From the NCBI GenBank assembly GCA_051530055.1, contig CM121341.1, positions 12,254,784 through 12,318,783 of the forward strand: a stretch of DNA of 64,000 bases, written 5' to 3'. Of this stretch, positions 61,624 to 64,000 are shown in pieces. Source of the stretch: Neoechinorhynchus agilis. Taxonomy: Eukaryota; Animalia; Acanthocephala. A model generated the notes under the pieces. That model saw only the letters and a program-made list of their open reading frames with translations, made no database searches and had not been told where the DNA came from. Position 1 is the stretch's first letter. Each line of letters begins with the position of its first letter. The position numbers were made by a program, and so were the translations under genes.

Positions 61624-63265
61624 CAGAAATCTGAAGTGACCAGAACGTGGCTTTGCTGCGCGGAAAACACATAACGAACGAAGTATCCGCTTTCCGTAAT
61701 CCACGCGGCTGATACTACCCTCACGCGGCTCTGACAAATTGTGGAAATGTTTTCTTAGATATTTGAGGAAACATGAACTTTGGAGAACCACAGAACTAAG
61801 TGAACAAACATTCGGTTTTTTTGGATTAGAACCGATTACAATGATTGAAGAATGCTTTTATCGTAATTCAAGCGTGCGGTTTCAAGAAATTGTGAAATTA
61901 TTTGATTGAAAAATCGGAAAAGACGGAACATTTGGAAAATCATGGCCCTGGGAAGCGACTACTGAACCACTGGTTCCTATCAACGAACAAAATTATTTCC
62001 TACGGAAAGATAGAAAAAATGCCTTTAATAATATATTAATGTTACAGTTTGCTCCATTGTAGATAACTAATTGATTTCAGCGAGCGTCGGAAGCTAGAAC
62101 ATTCTTTAAGAATTAAATTAGACATTAAGGAGGAAGAATAAAGATTCGCAAATCCTTTAATCAGATTCTACAAATTGAGAATACTTCAAGTCTCACCTTT
62201 AATGATGTAAATGGGGAATCGTACCGTTTGTGATTGTCAGGGATTACTCGCGAAATCGCATAGAAAGAATTTCGGATGTTCAACTACATGGTTTTTTATT
62301 TACTTTTGCCTAAATTATTGTAAATAGTCTAAAATGGCAAAGTTTATCTTCTTCATCAGACTACTTTGATATTCGCGCCCTTCATTTGATAGGTTAAAAA
62401 ATAATTCCGGATCGAACCCGTAACCCACTTAAAAATCAAAAACCGCATTCTTTGAACAAATCTGAACTCAAGTGTTCATGAGGACCCATAGGAGAACATG
62501 GGTTTAATTCTTTGTTAAGTAACAAAGAAAGGTGTTATTATAGACAATTTTCGTCGGGGTGAATTTGATTCGAGTTTGGCGAACGCACATATTTAAAAAC
62601 TTACAAGCAATATAACTGAAGAGGTAAGCAAAAAGCCTACGAAATATTTTAAAATAAATGATCAATACCAACAGCAATCCGGGGGAAAAACATCGCCAAA
62701 CTCGAAAGGTTATTATTATAATTAATATCAGGTTCTAGGTTAATCTGTTTTGTTAAAAGTAGTTAGCGCGTTCTTTTATTGGCAAAATTTTCTTATTAAT
62801 ACGAACATTCGTGAGTATTTTTAGTTTATAATCATGCGCAAAATATGTTGAGCTTATCGGTGGGAAAGTAGAAGTTTTTGAATGCGTGGATTGTAGTCAA
62901 AAATTAAAGGTGTGCTTTTTATTGCATTGATTGATACTGATTAATAGCGCTTTTAAAATCGAACAAAATCTAGTGTCGATTTAAATTTTTTAATTCACAT
63001 CGTCTTGGCAGTTGGATATCTCTGGAAATTAAAAAACTCATTATTCATTGCGCTTTAATATAAGTCAAAGGTACTAGATTCGTGTTTAAAAAGTCTGTGA
63101 TTTATTTTATAGAGCAAGAACTCTTCTCGGCGAGACGAAAATGCAAATTGTGCCGTGCGAGGGAATGAAATTTTGATTATAAAGTCTCTTTTTACCTGTA
63201 TTCGTCTGTAAATTGAACATAAAGAGTTTATTCCTTAGGATTAATATTTTCTCAACAAAAAGAGT

Positions 63266-64000
63266 TTATAAACATCCACACCACCGCTCTGGATCACTTA
63301 GCTGCCGTCCTGATGTAACGGTCGAAAGGACGAATGCAGCGTTCCCTCGTTGTACAGCCAGACTTATGTTTTGTAGGATGAATGCTCCTGATCTCGGATC
63401 GTCAGTGATTCGTCTCAATCTCTTAGACAATTGCTTGAACAGTTCCTGTGCCGCGGTACCAAACGACCTGGGTGTCTCGACGCCAAAGGGAACAAAATAT
63501 TGATTTCGACTCAGGTCCCTGTATTTTGTCCTTTTGCGTTCCTCAGCGGCAGTTGCTGCTCCCCCTGGTTTAATGGCGGCGAATTTTATGTTGATGGCTG
63601 CGAGTGGTGTCCCAGAGAAGGCATTTTCCTTCTCGGCATGGGAATACAGTGACACCGTCCGGTATACGGCCATAGAGTCGGCAAAGATTGCTCGGCTCTA
63701 GGATGTTGGGCGCATTCACAGTATTCAGGGCACGGCTAAGAATTTCGTTCACTTCGGCGTGTCGTCAGTACCTTCCTCTCGATTGCCGACAGACGAGACC
63801 GTGGAATCCCGATGGTTCCACGGTCGCTCCGCAACGGCAGCGATGGGATGTGCACATCGGTACTCCAAGTCTCAGGGACACTGCAATCCTTTCTGTCTCG
63901 TCGGAGACGATTGGGATAGCGTTGAGCCAAGCACCCGATTCTCTTGTAGAGACTGCCGCTAATCGAGTTCGGTTCACCAGGCCACAAGAATCTGAAATTA
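63266..64000 (-). mobile_element. CRE-clade retrotransposon, second subfamily, 3' portion (continues off the right edge)
   Basis: SGAWLNAIP, AVSLRLG..CRCG..HGLVC, RIPDG, GKCLLWDTT, YFVPFGVET, QNISLAVQRGNA; frameshifted. Confidence 0.9.

Noticed and set aside
62400-62440. tRNA-like GGTTCGATCC on the minus strand
   Set aside because: No D-arm or A box, anticodon arm or acceptor stem.

Overview
AT-rich, gene-dense eukaryotic (metazoan) DNA with mostly 30-60 nt GT-AG introns. Host genes recognised: ADAM10/kuzbanian-like protease, a cadherin, TRMT112, proteasome alpha-6, a short 53BP1-like tandem-Tudor protein, NDUFAF3, an SLC38A10-like transporter, an intronless calpain, a TFIIB-core paralogue, CNP and spastin. 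A ~6 kb block (3' half of SLC38, calpain, TFIIB-like) is duplicated as a near-identical direct repeat. The rest is dominated by decayed mobile DNA: at least 7 pieces of CRE-clade (RLE) non-LTR retrotransposons, Penelope-like RT remnants, a CR1/L2-type LINE relic and a pogo-like element. The most notable non-coding signals are: (i) two families of hammerhead-ribozyme-like motifs, one as four palindromic head-to-head pairs and one as a 4x~250 bp tandem array plus an inverted pair; (ii) a 144-bp-period cluster of box C/D snoRNA-like units with an apparent 18S rRNA guide, fused to a GAR1 pseudogene; (iii) conserved genes that appear to need non-canonical splice sites, and AG acceptors just before many start codons (possible SL trans-splicing). 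The tiny introns, possible GA donors and acceptor-ATG pattern would fit an appendicularian tunicate, but that taxonomic call is inference only. All exon calls were made by eye.
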